Source: Lytechinus pictus
Taxonomy: Eukaryota
Assembly: GCF_037042905.1 (NCBI RefSeq)
Contig: NC_087252.1
Location: forward strand, 20,648,001-20,712,000
Length of the DNA: 64,000 bases
Direction: 5' to 3'
Position numbers and translations under genes: made by a program. The notes below the pieces were generated by a model, which was given only the letters and a program-made list of their open reading frames with translations, ran no database searches and was not told the origin of the DNA. The first letter of the stretch is position 1. Every line of letters starts with the position of its first letter. Below are positions 1 through 14,160 of the stretch, in pieces.

Positions 1-119
1 CTGACAACATCTCAGATCTGGCTTCCCCTTGAACTAAAAATTGAGAATTAATAAAAAGAAATTAGTATTCTTACTGAAATCCCCTTACATAAGCTCTTAC
101 ACTATAAGCCTCGGTAAGT

Positions 120-752
120 AACTTTTTCAAGATGGCATTTGGCGGCCATCTTGGATTTGATTTGAAGATTATCCTTTATTGCAAAATTACATCAAAAATT
201 GAATCAACATACCAAATGACTCACGAATAAAGTTATTATTCATGATTCTGGGGCAAAGGATTCAAAAGTTAATATTCAAGATGGCGTCATCTGGCGGCCA
301 TTTTGGATTTGACCTGAAGATGACCTTATATTGCAAAATAGATAAGCAGAAAGAGATTCTACACACACCAAAACCCCTAAACAAAGGTATTGCTCATCAT
401 TCAGGGGCAAGGGGTTCAAATTCAATTTTTCCAAATAACATCTGGCGGCCATATTCGATTTGACCTGAAGATGACCTCATATTGCAAAAATAATAATATA
501 AATTGATTCTACACACACCTAAACCCATAGAAGGAGTTCTTCCTCATCATTTTAGGGCAAGGGGTTCAAAAGTTAGTTTTTTAAGATGGCATGTGGCGGC
601 CATTTTGGATTTATGCAAATTAGCAAAATTGCCCAAACGGCAACTTTGGGCAACCAAGCTGAATTTGTTATAGGACCCCATAGGAACACGAATCAAGAAA
701 AAAACTTCATCGGAGAGAACATTTCTAGGTTCGGAAAATGTCAAATCGACTA
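120..752. repeat. Degenerate tandem units of about 155 bp (caagatggc...ggcggccatcttggattt), probably part of a non-autonomous element
   Basis: Motif recurs near 128, 277, 440 and 583. Confidence 0.65.
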
Positions 753-1303
753 ATAGACGATTAAACAAACGTTTCATCACGTCCCTGTAGAGTTGTTCAA
801 TAAAGGAAAATATAACTGGTGTTTTCATGGTAAAAAAATAATTTCTAAAATTGAGTATCAACTGCGATCATATCACAATGTACCATTTGAAAACCAGTTC
901 ATCAAAAAACTCCTTGGATCATGCATAACCATTCAAAATAACAGCTCTGAAAGTATGCAGCTCACTTGCATTCTAAACACATTGACCGTTTTCTGAAGTC
1001 CAGTTCAACTTAAATGTCACGGGCTGGCTGTCTTTGTGCAAAAAATTATGGGAAGCCCAAAATACCTGAACTTTGTTTGCATATCGTATGTTTCATTGTG
1101 TTTACAGTGCTTCCTCTCCATGATTTAATGATAAATAAAACTATTTTAGTTATCGTTTTAAGACATTGATTATTCTAGTAAGATATGATATGGTAAATTG
1201 AACCTGACGTGGTAGAGATTTGTGACACAAGTGGCTTTCCATAATTAAAGCGCAACCTCAGACCAGGATCTCGTAACACAAAGCTTAGTAATGATCGTAG
1301 AAC

Positions 1304-1554
1304 CATGGGCGGAAATCTGTCCTCAAAGGTAGGGGGACCAGGGGCTGGAAAATTTGACGAGCAAAAAAAAAGGTTTTCACTCAGAAATTTAAGGTCATTT
1401 AGTCCAAAATACATGTATATTTTGGTTGTGAATTATGTCGTTTTCTCCATAAAAGATCAAAAATAGTAGGGGGCATTTGATATTGTGTCCCCCCCCCCCT
1501 ACTATTTTGGTAGGGGGACGCGTCCCCCTGGCCCCCCTGGGATTTCCGCCCATG
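1304..1554. mobile_element. hAT-like MITE (TIR catgggcggaaatc); duplicate at 4011-4255; related terminus near 61350
   Basis: 14-bp TIR; 8-bp TSD-like flanks cgtagaac / cgt(c/a)gaat. Confidence 0.75.
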
Positions 1555-4500
1555 CGTCGAATACTTTTCTACGATTGATTGCATTGACTACAACGTACAA
1601 TCGATCGTAAAAAAATAAAGCGTACGATTAATCGCTAACCTTTGTGTTACGGGATCCAGAATTTGAATGAACCAAGTGTTCAGAATACGGGCCATTCGGC
1701 ACAATAAAGAAGTACGTAAATGAATGAAAAAGGTCAGGAAATATATCTGCATTTTTATTATCATTAAAAAATGCATAATATAATTTTTTTTCAACATGAC
1801 ATTGAATAACTTACAATTCCATAGCGTTTTCCAGAAGCTCTCTTCATTATAGGCCCACATTCAAAGTGTGTCCATTCAAAGCGCAGGAAAAACAACCCAC
1901 CTTCTAATTTTGCAGTATTTTACATAGTAATATTGGCATGTTCATCGAAACATAAGCACGATATCTGTGAAATTAATGTTCATACTAAAGTGAGTAAATT
2001 ACAACAACTTAATTACTTCAAGAAAGGAAAACATACAATGCTGTGTACTAAAAATTCACAATAGAGACTTAAATGACACTGGATTACCGAAGCACACATT
2101 GTCTTCCATCTAAAGTTGCATTCAATGTCACAAAATAGAAGCCCCTAATATCTTCGAAATATGGTTACAGTATGTTTAATCAATTTGAAACTTAATATAA
2201 TCATTAAAACAATTACTTTAAATCATCATTATACTTAGTATAATGGTGAAAAGAAATTGCTTATACGCTCTATCATGATTATGATAACCATGAAAACCCT
2301 AATTATGATTGCTTGTTGAGCCATGTTACCATTGATTTCCCCGCGTACAACCAATTATGAGCATACAAATACAACTAGACTTGAGTTCTTTGCGCACATA
2401 TCCACTGCAAGCTGCCATTAAACTGGATACCAATCTGGTTAAATCATTGGCAAATTACATAGAAAAAGAAACAATCCTCTTCTTCATGATATTTACTTAA
2501 GGGGTCGGGACAACTCGGACCTCTGGACATCTCGGACCGCGGGCCAAGTTGTCCCAACCATTTCTCTAAATGCAAAGAACCTAATCTAGTCCCTAGTCTC
2601 ATTTCTTTTGGACTCTGGTTATATTAGCTCTTTTATTGAGCAAAAGTGTAGCAAATTATTATCGATATGAAAATACTGGATAGAGCTCGTTACGTGCTGC
2701 CACACACGCGATCTTGACTCATCATGGCTTTTTCTCTTCTTTTTTTGGCCTCGACACTTCGAAAGATTCCTTCATTCTACATGTTTGGTTTCCGAAGCAT
2801 TGAATATCGAACTAAAAATGAGTACAACTGTGACAGGATAACGTACAAAATTAATGCTCGAGAAAGTTATTTCCAGTGAGGAGTTAAATAAAAATGTATA
2901 TATTTACGCATACAAAGCATTGTGTTCTATGTACAATTGTAGTAAACAAATAAAAACAGTTCTACTACAGAATAAATTAAACAATCATAATCATCATGTA
3001 CTCCCTCTTCATCATTATAATTAACATATGATTCCGCATAAAATAATAGGTTCAACCGTAAATTATCGGTGGATGATAGTACAGGCCTTCCCTTCCCCAC
3101 CTGAAATGCTGGAGGATATATTCCCCCCCCCCCCTTCCGTGATCGATACCTATTTTTTAATGCTTTTTAGCCTTTATTCAGATAATATCACATTTTTCAT
3201 GCATACAAGGGTAATAAATAAAATATACAAAATAAAGTGAAGTACATGTATACAGTAATATAACAAATGAAATATTGTACATTATGATAAACATTATTTT
3301 AACAAAGATTATCACAACCCATAATACAAACAGAGAAAACAGTTATTTTCACATGTATTTACTATATAATGCCTTCAGACTTACTCCTTGAGCGCCCACG
3401 CATATGGCCTACACATACAAACACACCCTCGTATACACACCATTTTACGCCCTCATACATAGACGATTAAACAAACGTTATCATCACGTCCCTGTAGAGG
3501 TGTTCAATAAATTCAAATATAACTGGTGTTTTCATGGTAAAAAAATAATTTCAAAAATTGAGTATCAACTGCGATCATATCACAATGTACCATTTGAAAA
3601 CCAGTTCATCAAAAAACTCCTTGGATCATGCATAACCATTCAAAATAACAGCTCTGAAAGTATGCAGCTCACTTGCATTCTAAACACATTGACCCGTTTT
3701 CTGAAGTCCAGTTCAACTTAAATGTCACGGGCTGGCTGTCTTTGTGCCAAAATTATGGGAAGCCCAAAATACCTGAACTTTGTTTGCATATCGTATGTTT
3801 CGTTGTGTTTACTGTGCTTCCTCTCCATGATTTAATGATAAATAAAACTATTTTAGTTATCATTTTAAGACATTAATTATTCTAGTGAGATATGATATGG
3901 TAAATTGAACCTGACGTGGTAGAGATTTGTGACACAAGTGGCTCTCCATAATTAAAGCGCAACGTCAGACCAGGATCTCGTAACACAAAGCTTAGTAATG
4001 ATCGTAGAACCATGGGCGGAAATCTGTCTTCAAAGGTAGGGGGACCAGGGACTGGAAAATTTGACGAGCAAAAAAAAAAGGTTTTCACCCAGAAATTTAA
4101 GGTCATTTAGTCCAAAATACATGTATATTTTGGTTGTGAATTATGTATTTTCTCCATAAAAGATAAACAATAGTAGGGGGCATTTGATATTGTGTCCCCC
4201 TACTATTTTTGGTAGGGGGACGCGCCCCCCTGTCCCCCTGGGATTTCCGCCCATGCGTAGAATACTTTTCTACGATTGATTGCATTGACTACAATGTACA
4301 ATCAATCGTGACAATAAAGCGTACGATTAATCGCTAACCTTTGTGTTACGGGATCCAGAATTTAAATGAAACAAGTGTTCAGAATACGTGCCATTCGGCA
4401 CAATAAAGAAGTACGTAAATGAATGAAAAAGGTCAGGAAATTTGTATTATCATTAAAAAATGCATGATATAATTTTCTGTTTTTTAAACATGACATTGGA

Positions 4501-5477
4501 TAACTTAAAATTCCATAGCGTTTTCCAGAAGCTCTCTTCATTATAGGCCCACATTCAAAGTGTGTCCATTCACAGCGCAGTAAAAACAACCCACCTTCTA
4601 ATTTTGCAGCATTTTACATAGTAATATTGGCATGTTCATCGAAACATAAGCACGATATCTGTGAAATTAATGTTCATACTAAAGTGAGTAAATTACAACA
4701 ACTTTATTACTTCAAGAAAGGAAAACATACAATGCTGTGTACTTAAAATTCACAATAAAGACTTAAATGACACTGGATTACCGAAGCACACATTGTTTTC
4801 CATCTAAAGTTGCATTCAATGTCACAAAATAGAAGCCCCTTATATCTTCGAAATATGGTAACAGTATGTTTAATCAACTCTTCTAATAAAAAAAAAATCG
4901 CTGAATTTGAAACTTAATATAATCATTAAAACAATTACTTTAAATCATCATGGACTTTAAGAGTATAATGGTGAAAACCTTAATTATGATTGCTTGTTGA
5001 GCCATGTTACCATTGATTTCCCCGCGTACAACCAATTATGAGCATACAAATACAACTAGACTTGAGTTCCTTGCGCACATATCCACTGCAAGCTGCCATT
5101 AAACTGGATACCAATCTGGTTAAATCATTGGCAAATTACATAGAAAAAGAAACAATCCTCTTCTTCATGATATTTACTTAAGGGGTCGGGACAACTCGGA
5201 CCTCGGGACATCTCGGACCGCGGGCCAAGTTGTCCCAACCATTTCTCTAAATGCAAAGAACCTAATCTAGTCCCTAGTCTCATTTCTTTTGGACTCTGGT
5301 TATATTAGCTCTTTTATTGAGCAAAAGTGTAGCAAATTATTATCGATATGAAAATACTGGATAGAGCTCGTTACGTGCTGCCGCACACGCGATCTTGACT
5401 CATCATGGCTTTTTCTCTTCTTTTTTTGGCCTCGACACTTCGAAAGATTCCTTCATTCTACATGTTTGGTTTCCGAA

Positions 5478-5818
5478 CACTAGCGTACCTACGGGGGGGG
5501 CAGGGGGGCACTCTGCCCCCCCCCCTAACGAGCCACAACCCATACAAAAGACATATACCTGCCCCCCCCCCCCTTGACGAGCCACAACCCATACAAAAGA
5601 CATTTACCTGCCCCCCCCCCCCCCTGACGAGCTTGAAGACCTTTATAACCCCCTCCCCTGATGAGCTTGAAGACCCTTTTTTTTTTGCTTGTCAATTTTT
5701 TTTGGTACGAAAACCTTAATTTTTTTATTGAAGACCTTTTTCTTTTTTTTTGGCTTGTCAAATTTTTTGGCGGCCGATTTGCCCCCCCCCCTGTGGGAAA
5801 ATCCTAGGTACGCCACTG
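5478..5818. mobile_element. hAT-type MITE, 341 bp
   Basis: Imperfect TIR cactagcgtacct / aggtacgccactg; 8-bp TSD tttccgaa; empty site in copy A near 2789-2796. Confidence 0.92.
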
Positions 5819-6656
5819 TTTCCGAAGCATTGAATATCGAACTAAAAATGAGTACAACTTTGACAGGATAACTTACAAAATTAATGCTCGAGAACGTTAT
5901 TTCCAGTGAGGAGTTAAACAAAAATGCATATATTTACGCATACAAAGCATTGTGTTTTATGTACAATTTTAGTAAACAAATAAAAACAGTTTTACTACAG
6001 AATAAATTAAACAATTCCAATTAACATGGTAATAAACTGTACAAATGGAGAGTGAGAATGAGGTGGAATAAGGCAGAGAATAAGAAGAAATTATCAAAAA
6101 CGGCAGATGTAAAAAACCGTTTCAATGTACTAAACAGTATCATTTATATATACAACATAGCAAGTTGGCAGAGACATTAATGTGGTCAGTAATCACGGCT
6201 ATTTCAACGTATAAATCTCTTCTGTCGTATTGCATTCAAGTGATAAATAATCATTTAATTTATTTTTGAAAATTGTACGTACTTGCTTTATGGTAATGTA
6301 ATGACACGAATTGCCAATTTTTTATAATCCTGTTTATTGTATTGTAATCATAACAAGATTAACGTGCGTGGTGTAGTTTACGCAGGTGGTACAATACCTG
6401 TTGTTTTCATTATTTGGTTGACTTCAAGAAGATCTGCGTGTTCAAACCAATATGAGTTTTAAAAATGTATTCTAAATTTAAGAAATATAGATACAAGTCT
6501 TCTTTATTTCATAACAAAAATTTACCGGGGTCCGTTGCTAGTAATGTGCAGGGTCTTACAATAATGAAATAAAAATGTATGTAAATATACATATATTTAT
6601 AAATAGTGGTATCAAGAAATCTGACAAAAAAACAAAATACGGTATGATTACGGTAT

Positions 6657-6925
6657 GTGGGGTTTCGTGGTCTAGTGGTTACGACTCTCGTTTCACAATC
6701 AGAGGGACGTGGGTTCGAATCCCAGCCATGGCGTGTTTTTCTTCGGCAAGGAAAATACCCACATTGTGCCGCATTCAACCCCGGTGAGGTAAGTGGGTAC
6801 CCAGCAGGATTAATTCCTTGAAATGCATGAGCGCTGGGAGGCTGCTTGAGCTAAAGCTGAGGTTATAATGATATTACCAATGCGCCTCGGAAAATATTAA
6901 AAATGCCTTTTATTATTATTATATA
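6657..6925 (+). mobile_element. tRNA-derived SINE
   Basis: A box tggtctagtgg, B box ggttcgaatcc, central gtaagtgggtaccc block shared with the 43 kb SINEs, (tta)n tail. Confidence 0.85.
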
Positions 6926-8369
6926 TTATCATGAAATATATATGTCAATATATTCACAGATAGATGGGTAAATGGTATATTTAGGTCATACACAATTGAA
7001 AGATGGAAGGAATGACATGGGGCAACGATTAGAATGTGGGATCAGAAGAGATTGAAAGAGTATACCATCACTGAAATACAAACATACAAGTACAAGTGAC
7101 AAAAATAGAACATTGATGGAGAGTTAGATATGACATGGCAAAATGTGTATTTATCCACGTATACATTACAAATGAGGGATTTATCACTTCCATCGCCGTG
7201 TCTGTTATCTACAATCTAGTACAGATGAACCAAAAGACGTTAAAAGATGGGAGTTGCTGCTATACCCTGTTTGGCGTTCAACGATTAAAGGGATAGGGCC
7301 TCGTCGATCTGGCGCTGCACAGCGGCTGCCGGGCCCACGATCAATTGGGCAAAAACAAATTTTCGTATTTCATTTCATGTCTATTTCGAACAAAAAAATA
7401 TGGATGGATTTTCATGAATGCCATATACAACTTCTGAAGGTTTTCATGGCGAAAAAGAGCGTAGTGGTTCCACGCTACACCCTGTATTCTGTCAAGGAAA
7501 ACTTGACGTTTCGACAAGTGTGTTCTTGTTGTCTTCAAGAGTCTTCCCCTACATTCTTGTCGAAACGTCGAGTTTATCATTTTCACGACATGATTATGCC
7601 AAAGTCATAAAGTAATGGGAAACCACCACATTCTTTCTTCTTCGCCATGGAAATATCACATGTGTCCAGAACGTCGCAGATTGCACAACCTTCTGTTTCC
7701 CCCAATCGGGTATTGGGGGCTACAATTAATGCTCATTGAGGTTAGGGCATGGGGGTGACATGGTTTGTAGAATTCAACAGTCACCAGTAATGCTGTCATC
7801 ATTCTTTTCATTGGGAATTTGTATATTCCCTTTTCTATGCGAAACTGGTTGAGAGAGTTCCATGTTTGCTTTGTACATGTTTCCTATGTTCTGCAGCTGT
7901 TATTTAGGCAGCTTGTCATGACGAAGTTTTCGACTTGATTTCGATTTGAAATCATTCTCATGCACTTCGCCAAATATATAACAAAATATCAACATAATAA
8001 ATATATTAGATTATTATATAGAATATAGAAGATTATGACAATGGCAAATAATTAAAAGTGAAAAATGAAGAAACCTGCAAAAAAGCAGAACTTGTAAATT
8101 CTGAAGGTTCCTCAAAAAGGATAATGAAATTAGCATTCAAGGAGATCGGACTTATACAAAAGCAAATCAGACTTCATTAGAAGAGCCAAAGATAAGGTTG
8201 ACACTGCACTCTGCTAAACTTACACATAGTAACCAAAGTCACATAAGGTAGTTCTGTCAAGGGTTTGAAGATGATAAAAAAAAAAAAGATTTATATTTTT
8301 CACTTGCTTGCACATCGCAACAGGCTAGCACTACTGATCTGCGTATATAAGGAAGGGCAAAAGCAAAAG

Positions 8370-8680
8370 GAACTTTTCGCATTTACGACGGAGACTCTCT
8401 CTACAACGCATCGATTCCTTTGAAAATGCAATTAAAATCACTGTGGAGAGCTAAGAGGCTTTTGTCGAAAGTTGGTGGACTGGGGCAGCAGATCATCCGA
8501 AGATTTGCATCGGACAACAATTTCAAATATGTCGTTGTGAAGAGTAAAAGGATTCCGATGCTGTCCCGCTCTACCAACTTTCGACAAAAGCCCCTCAGCT
8601 CTTCATTGTGATTTGACTTGCATTTTCAAAGGAAATGGTGCGTCGTACAGAGAGTTTCAACGTAGTAAATGCGAAAAGTC
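8370..8680. mobile_element. Foldback MITE with imperfect arms of about 130 bp; relatives near 7395-7580, 9040-9365 and 27370-28050
   Basis: acttttcgcatttac...gcttttgtcgaaagttggt pairs with accaactttcgacaaaagc...gtaaatgcgaaaagt. Confidence 0.7.
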
Positions 8681-9478
8681 CAAAAGCCTGATATAGGACA
8701 GATTATTTGTTGATCTCAGCAAACCTTTCTATTTTTTAGGTTGGGATCTCAGCCAGGCAGGGTCACAGTAGTAGTATTTATTCCGTATGTAGGAAAGCCT
8801 GTAGGTCGATGAAGTACGATGGATTGCCCACATTCAGCTTCACTGACATAGCTATACTGGTCTCCCATGGAATCCAACAAGAACGACATCAGGGCATTCT
8901 GCAGCAGAAAATCTAAGCGTAATGCAGGGGTCGTAAGTGTTCATGCACTGGCTCCCCAGTCACGCCAGGATGAATTTGTCAGTAATTCGGGAGGAGACTG
9001 TCATAGACCTCACTTTCTCGACGTGCTGCTAAATATAACACTAAAGAGTTTTCACAACACGAAACAGAACGCCTTCTAAAAGATTTTAAAAAAAATGTAT
9101 TGTCATAAGCCCTTCATGACAAAGAGCAACCAAGAAGTCTTTGTCGAAAATTGGTGAATTAAAACAATAGTTTCGTCCTTGACTCCATACAAACGACGAA
9201 TTTGCTAATTTTAGTCAGCTCCGAAACTTAGGACAGAACTGCCGTTCTGGTTCACCAATTTCGACAAAGACATCCCAAATGTTCATTATCATTTGACGAG
9301 CGTTTTCAATACATTTACTGTGTTCTTGAATCTGTTCTGCTTCCCGGTGCGCAAACCGAGGGCCACACTAAGCTACGTACACCACGTGGTCGCAGTGCTA
9401 AAAGGGCAATGCCCTTCCAGTTTCGGAACATTAACCTGGTCATCCAACATGTCCAACATCTTCGGTCAACTTTATTAG

Positions 9479-9621
9479 TTAAAAGTGAACCATAGCTCTG
9501 GCCTTAGAGGCAATCAAATCATCATCTGGGTTTCCGAATGGGTCTAGCGTTTCCGAATACGAGACAGATGGTTGCGAATTCTCCTTTATCCCTTTATCCT
9601 TTGTATCTTTTTGTTCGTCAC
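9479..9621 (-). CDS. Putative terminal exon (GDEQKDTKDKGIKENSQPSVSYSETLDPFGNPDDDLIASKARAMVHF*)
   Basis: ttttcattgaacag acceptor, phase 1, open to TAA at 9481-9479; AATAAA on the minus strand at 9476-9471. Confidence 0.65.
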
Positions 9622-10411
9622 CTGTTCAATGAAAACCATAAAGTTTAAATAGGTGCAATATATTTTGATGCGAGTCTGGACATATTTTTGTCATTATTAT
9701 CACATTAGGCAAATAATGACAAAATATACAAACATCCTAAATCCAGTTGAAATCATAGCGCCCCCCCCCCCCACCCAAAAAAAAGAAACCCTTATTACAG
9801 TTTATTACTACATCGTGATGTGCCTTGAGTTGTTATCAGTGGCGTAATGATCGAAAAAATTGAGGGGCCAGATATGGCTTATCGGTTAAAATTTATAAAA
9901 AGTTGCGTCAAGCACAATTTATTATGTCAAATCTCTTGATAGATTTAGATATGATATTTAGTTAATAATATCATATCTAACACCTCTCTCTCTCTTTCCT
10001 TTTCAATCTTTTTTTTTCTTGGTTGTGAAAAAGATGGGAGGGGGGCAAAGAACCCCCATCCCCATCTGTACAACAATGGTTTTTCTATAAACGTGTTTGC
10101 TATGAAATGCAACGCTCAATCTTATTGATCAATACGCAGTAGTGCGCGTCCTTCTTGGCATTATCTGACCAATGTGGACATGCCTATTATACCGCGCGCA
10201 ACCTACGATATGAAACAAATTGGCCTTTACTCCAAAATAAATGCTTGCAATCATCCAAACTTGTTATATTAGTATTCTTACAGCTAATTTTAACCTCGGA
10301 TAAAGATATACTTTACATTCACATTTTCAGAAAAACAGCAAAGTGGGATTTGTTCCAAAATTGGATCGCGGACCAGTCATAAGGTGTGCGGTGACCTTCA
10401 GTCGTACTTAA

Positions 10412-11003
10412 AGGACAATTCCACCCCAACAAAAAGTTGATTTGAATAAAAAGAGAAAAATCCAACAAGCATAACACTGAAAATTTCATCAAAATCGGAT
10501 GTAAAATAAGAAAGTTATGACATTTTAAAGTTTCGCTTAAATTCACAAAACAGTTATATGCACATCCTGTCTTATATGCAAATGAGGAGACTATGACGTC
10601 ATCCACTCACTATTTCTTTTGTATTTTAATATATGAAATATGAAATATTCTAATTTTCTCCTCATTGTCAAGTGATACAATGATTAATTCCTCTCTGAAC
10701 ATGTGGTATTAGCATTGTTTAATACTATATGGTTCAGTCAAGTTGGTCCTTATTGTCAAATTTATAAAAAATTAAATATAGTATAATTCAAACAATAAAA
10801 AAACAAAAGAAATAGTGAGTGATGAACATCATCGACTGACTCACCTAGTTGTGCATATCATCGTTTTGTGAAAAATAAGCGAAACTTTAAAATGTCATAA
10901 CTTTCTTATTTTACATCCGATTTTGATGAAATTTTCAGCACTAGGCTAGTTTGATTTTTCTTTATTTATTCATATTAGCATTTTCCTTGGGTGGACTTGA
11001 CCT
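10412..11003. mobile_element. Kolobok-like MITE (TTAA TSD, AGG..CCT ends); family copies near 11445-11985, 35615-36200 and 36886-37501
   Basis: TTAA on both sides; long imperfect inverted repeats; copies share the ORF-track motif CAYNCFV..SET..CHNFLIL. Confidence 0.8.
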
Positions 11004-11989
11004 TTAAGTCTTTGTGAAACACCCCCAGGTTTTAAATCAAACTTCAGAATACAGGCCCTTTGCCATTTACCCGTATTCTGAGCTCTGGTTTCACCCAAGC
11101 TCTGATCCCAATTTATTGTTTAACTATTGACACCTAATTGTGATACATGCTTGATTTATGAGGTAGTGAGAAAATTCAAATAATGCATAAATGTTTGGAA
11201 ATAATTACTGAGATAGATTTATTTCCCATTCAAGCATGAGGAAGGAGTACAATAAACATAACAAGCATTCGATGTAAAGATATTGTTTAATTTTGAGGCT
11301 TCCCATAAACAACGGCTTAAGTTAAGCAGGAGATTAGTTCAAACAAAAAGTGCACATGGAAAAAAAGAGAAAAGGTGATGAACCTGTACTAAATATCTCC
11401 AATATTTCCCAATGGCTTCTTGTACGAATATCAACATGCATTTAAAAGACCAATCCCCTCCAACAATAAGGTTTATTCAAACAAAAAAAAGGAAAATCGA
11501 ACAAGCTATACCACTGACAATTTGATGAAAATCGGATATAAAACAAAAGCGTTATGACATTTTAAAGTTTTTAATTACTTTCACATAACAGTTTCCTGCA
11601 CGACCTGGTCTGTATGGAAATGAGGGAACTAACATCACCCACTCTCTATTTCTTATGCATTTTATTATTAGAAATATTGTAATTTTCAGGTGAAAGAAAA
11701 GTTATCCCTCCCTGAACATGTCAAATTACTATTGTTTTAACATTTCATGGTTCAGTCGAGTTGGTCATTATTGTCAAATCTGTAAAAATTAAAATATTGT
11801 ATTCAAATAAAAGAAATAGTGAATGGGGAGCATCATCGAAATTCTCATTTGCATATGACTGATTTGTGCATTAACTCTTTTGTGAAAAACAAGCAAAATT
11901 TAAATGTCAATGTTTCAAATTACTTTTTTATTTTATATCCGATTTTGATGAACTTTTCAGCGTTAGGCTTGTTTCATTTTTTTTCTTAC

Positions 11990-12070
11990 CGGGTTTGTGC
12001 ATTTCGCGCGGACACGCTGGAACAGCTAATTGCATTCAAGTTTGATGGAGCAATTCTTCATTTGCTTCCT
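11990..12070 (-). CDS. Possible alternative cassette or stop-bearing exon (EEANEELLHQT*)
   Basis: tatcttgcag acceptor, G|gtaaga donor; 81 nt, phase 1-1, with in-frame TGA at 12038-12036. Confidence 0.45.
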
Positions 12071-13001
12071 CTGCAAGATAAACAATTTTAACTCTCCTAA
12101 AATAAAATCCCTCTCAAATTTTCCATTTACAAATTCATAAATGTAAAGCATAATCAATGCAGAAAATAATATTGTTAAGGTTAATCACATATGAAGAATT
12201 TAGCCATGCATTCAGGATGGATTACTGCTGCAACTTTTGAATAAAAATGATCGTGATAAATTATATTGTTAAAAAACGTAAAATATTTTATTCAAATATG
12301 AGCTGCATTACCTTCAATGGAAACGAGATACCAATCTGTTTTCATTTTTGTTCAAGATGGAAAGAATGATACAAACAATATATAAGCTATTAAATGTTTG
12401 TTTTCGTACAATGGTTGAATATTTCAAATGTCAAACATTAGCACAAATTATCTGCTCTTCATTACACACCTCTTAAACAAAAGCAAGAACTAATTTTATC
12501 ACACTTTCCTGCAAATTATGCTAGACGTCGTGCCTAAAGGCAGATCATAGATTGTAAAATAAATATTTGTTATGATCAAGCCGGGATGTCAACCTACCCG
12601 TACCTCCGATCCAGAATCCCATTTCGTAAAGACTTGCTGTAATAACAAATGCACTAACAAATCTTCTAAAACAAACTAATATCAGCCAATCAGATTGAAG
12701 GATTCCAGTAGCGTTCAACTCTTTTAGAAAATTTGTTACTATACAATGTTACAACAGGTTTTATGAAACCGGTCGCATGAGATGGAACTAGGGATGGCGG
12801 CTCTCCCACTGAGCCAACATGCTCGGATGTAACATGGACCTCATTCATGTGACGTCATGATCTCATAGCCCCCCCCCCCCCCCTCAGAGGCTATAGGAAT
12901 ATGTGTAAAAGGAGCACTGACCTCTAAGATGGCGGCGAAATTAAGTCAATGCTTAAGGTCTACTGGTACGGTAGGTTACATCATTGAGATTGATTACTCC
13001 T

Positions 13002-13540
13002 GGACCCCGTCTTACAAAGAGTTGCGATTGATCTGATCAACCTCAACTCTGGAAAGCCAGCAAAACCCACATCTAAAATGCATGTTTCTTCAAAATGTTT
13101 TCTAGATATGATGTATATTACACAAAATCATCGTTTCTTTGTAATTCTGATTTGTTCGCCTTTGTTCACGAAGGACATTTTGCAAATTCTTGGAGAAATA
13201 ATTATGACACTGATGGATTTCCATAGAGTTATGATTGATTGAATCAATCGCAACTCTTTGTAAGACGGGAACCAGGACCCCATCTTACAAAGAGTTACGA
13301 TTGTTCCAATCAACCTCAGGTATATGGAAATCCTTCAATGTCATCATTTCTATTCAGTAAATTTGCACATTGTCCTTTGAAAACAAAAAGAAGCACACTG
13401 AAATGTCCAGAAAACCGTGAATGTATGAATACATATCTAGAAAATCTTTTGAACAAGCGTGTATTTTAGATGTTGACATTGCTGGCTTGCCATAGTGGTG
13501 GTTGAGCGGATCAATCGTAACTCCTTGTAAGACGGGGCCC
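13002..13540. mobile_element. Two adjacent Harbinger-like MITEs (TIR ggaccccgtcttacaaagagttgcgattgat)
   Basis: Four TIR copies; junction near 13272; CWG flanks; relatives at about 42214-42432, 45604-45748 and 60134-60292. Confidence 0.7.
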
Positions 13541-14160
13541 TGGACTTGTATTTTTTCTACCCATATTTTGGTGCACAGGCTGAGAATATGCCCACAGACT
13601 GCTTAGTTATTTCCTTCACATATTGTCGAAATAACAGTACATGATTCTGCGTTACATTACAAAAAGAGGCAAATCTTCCAAAGTGACATTTCCATGAAAC
13701 TAGCATTATTGTTATTTGTGCATACACTAACCATGCTGAGGTCAATGCAATCGTATGTTGTCTTGCCATGATGTATATGCTTTAAACAAATTTGACCAAG
13801 AAGAAGCCCTGGTCACTTGATCTATAAAATATCGAACAAAAAAAAATTCGATAACACCATTATTGAGTTGAATCAAAATCCTTTTATCCTTAGGTACTGT
13901 ATACTAAAAACATAATGGTTTTATACTTTTCATTATCAGAAATTGCATGGAGTAATGTACTTAGGTACAATGTACTACAATAATGGCAATGTAAAACTGT
14001 AAAACGGGCACAATTCAACCTTTTTGGTTGCTATGTAATGTTATATTTTAATAAAATCACTAATGGATTTGAAATAATTCATGTTAAAATACCGATGTCG
14101 TCCTTCGCAGTGAATATAGTGCAGATTCTTTACAAAGAGAAGATATTATCTTAGCCTTAC

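Larger units (their letters stand above)
754..6015 (+). repeat. Direct duplication: copy A about 754-2985, copy B about 3460-6015
   Basis: Near-identical sequence and paired ORFs (793/3404, 1175/3882, 1399/4103); unique spacer of about 470 bp. Confidence 0.95.

Noticed and set aside
12036..12038. TGA as a selenocysteine codon
   Set aside because: No SECIS identified, and the context is a disordered tail rather than a redox motif
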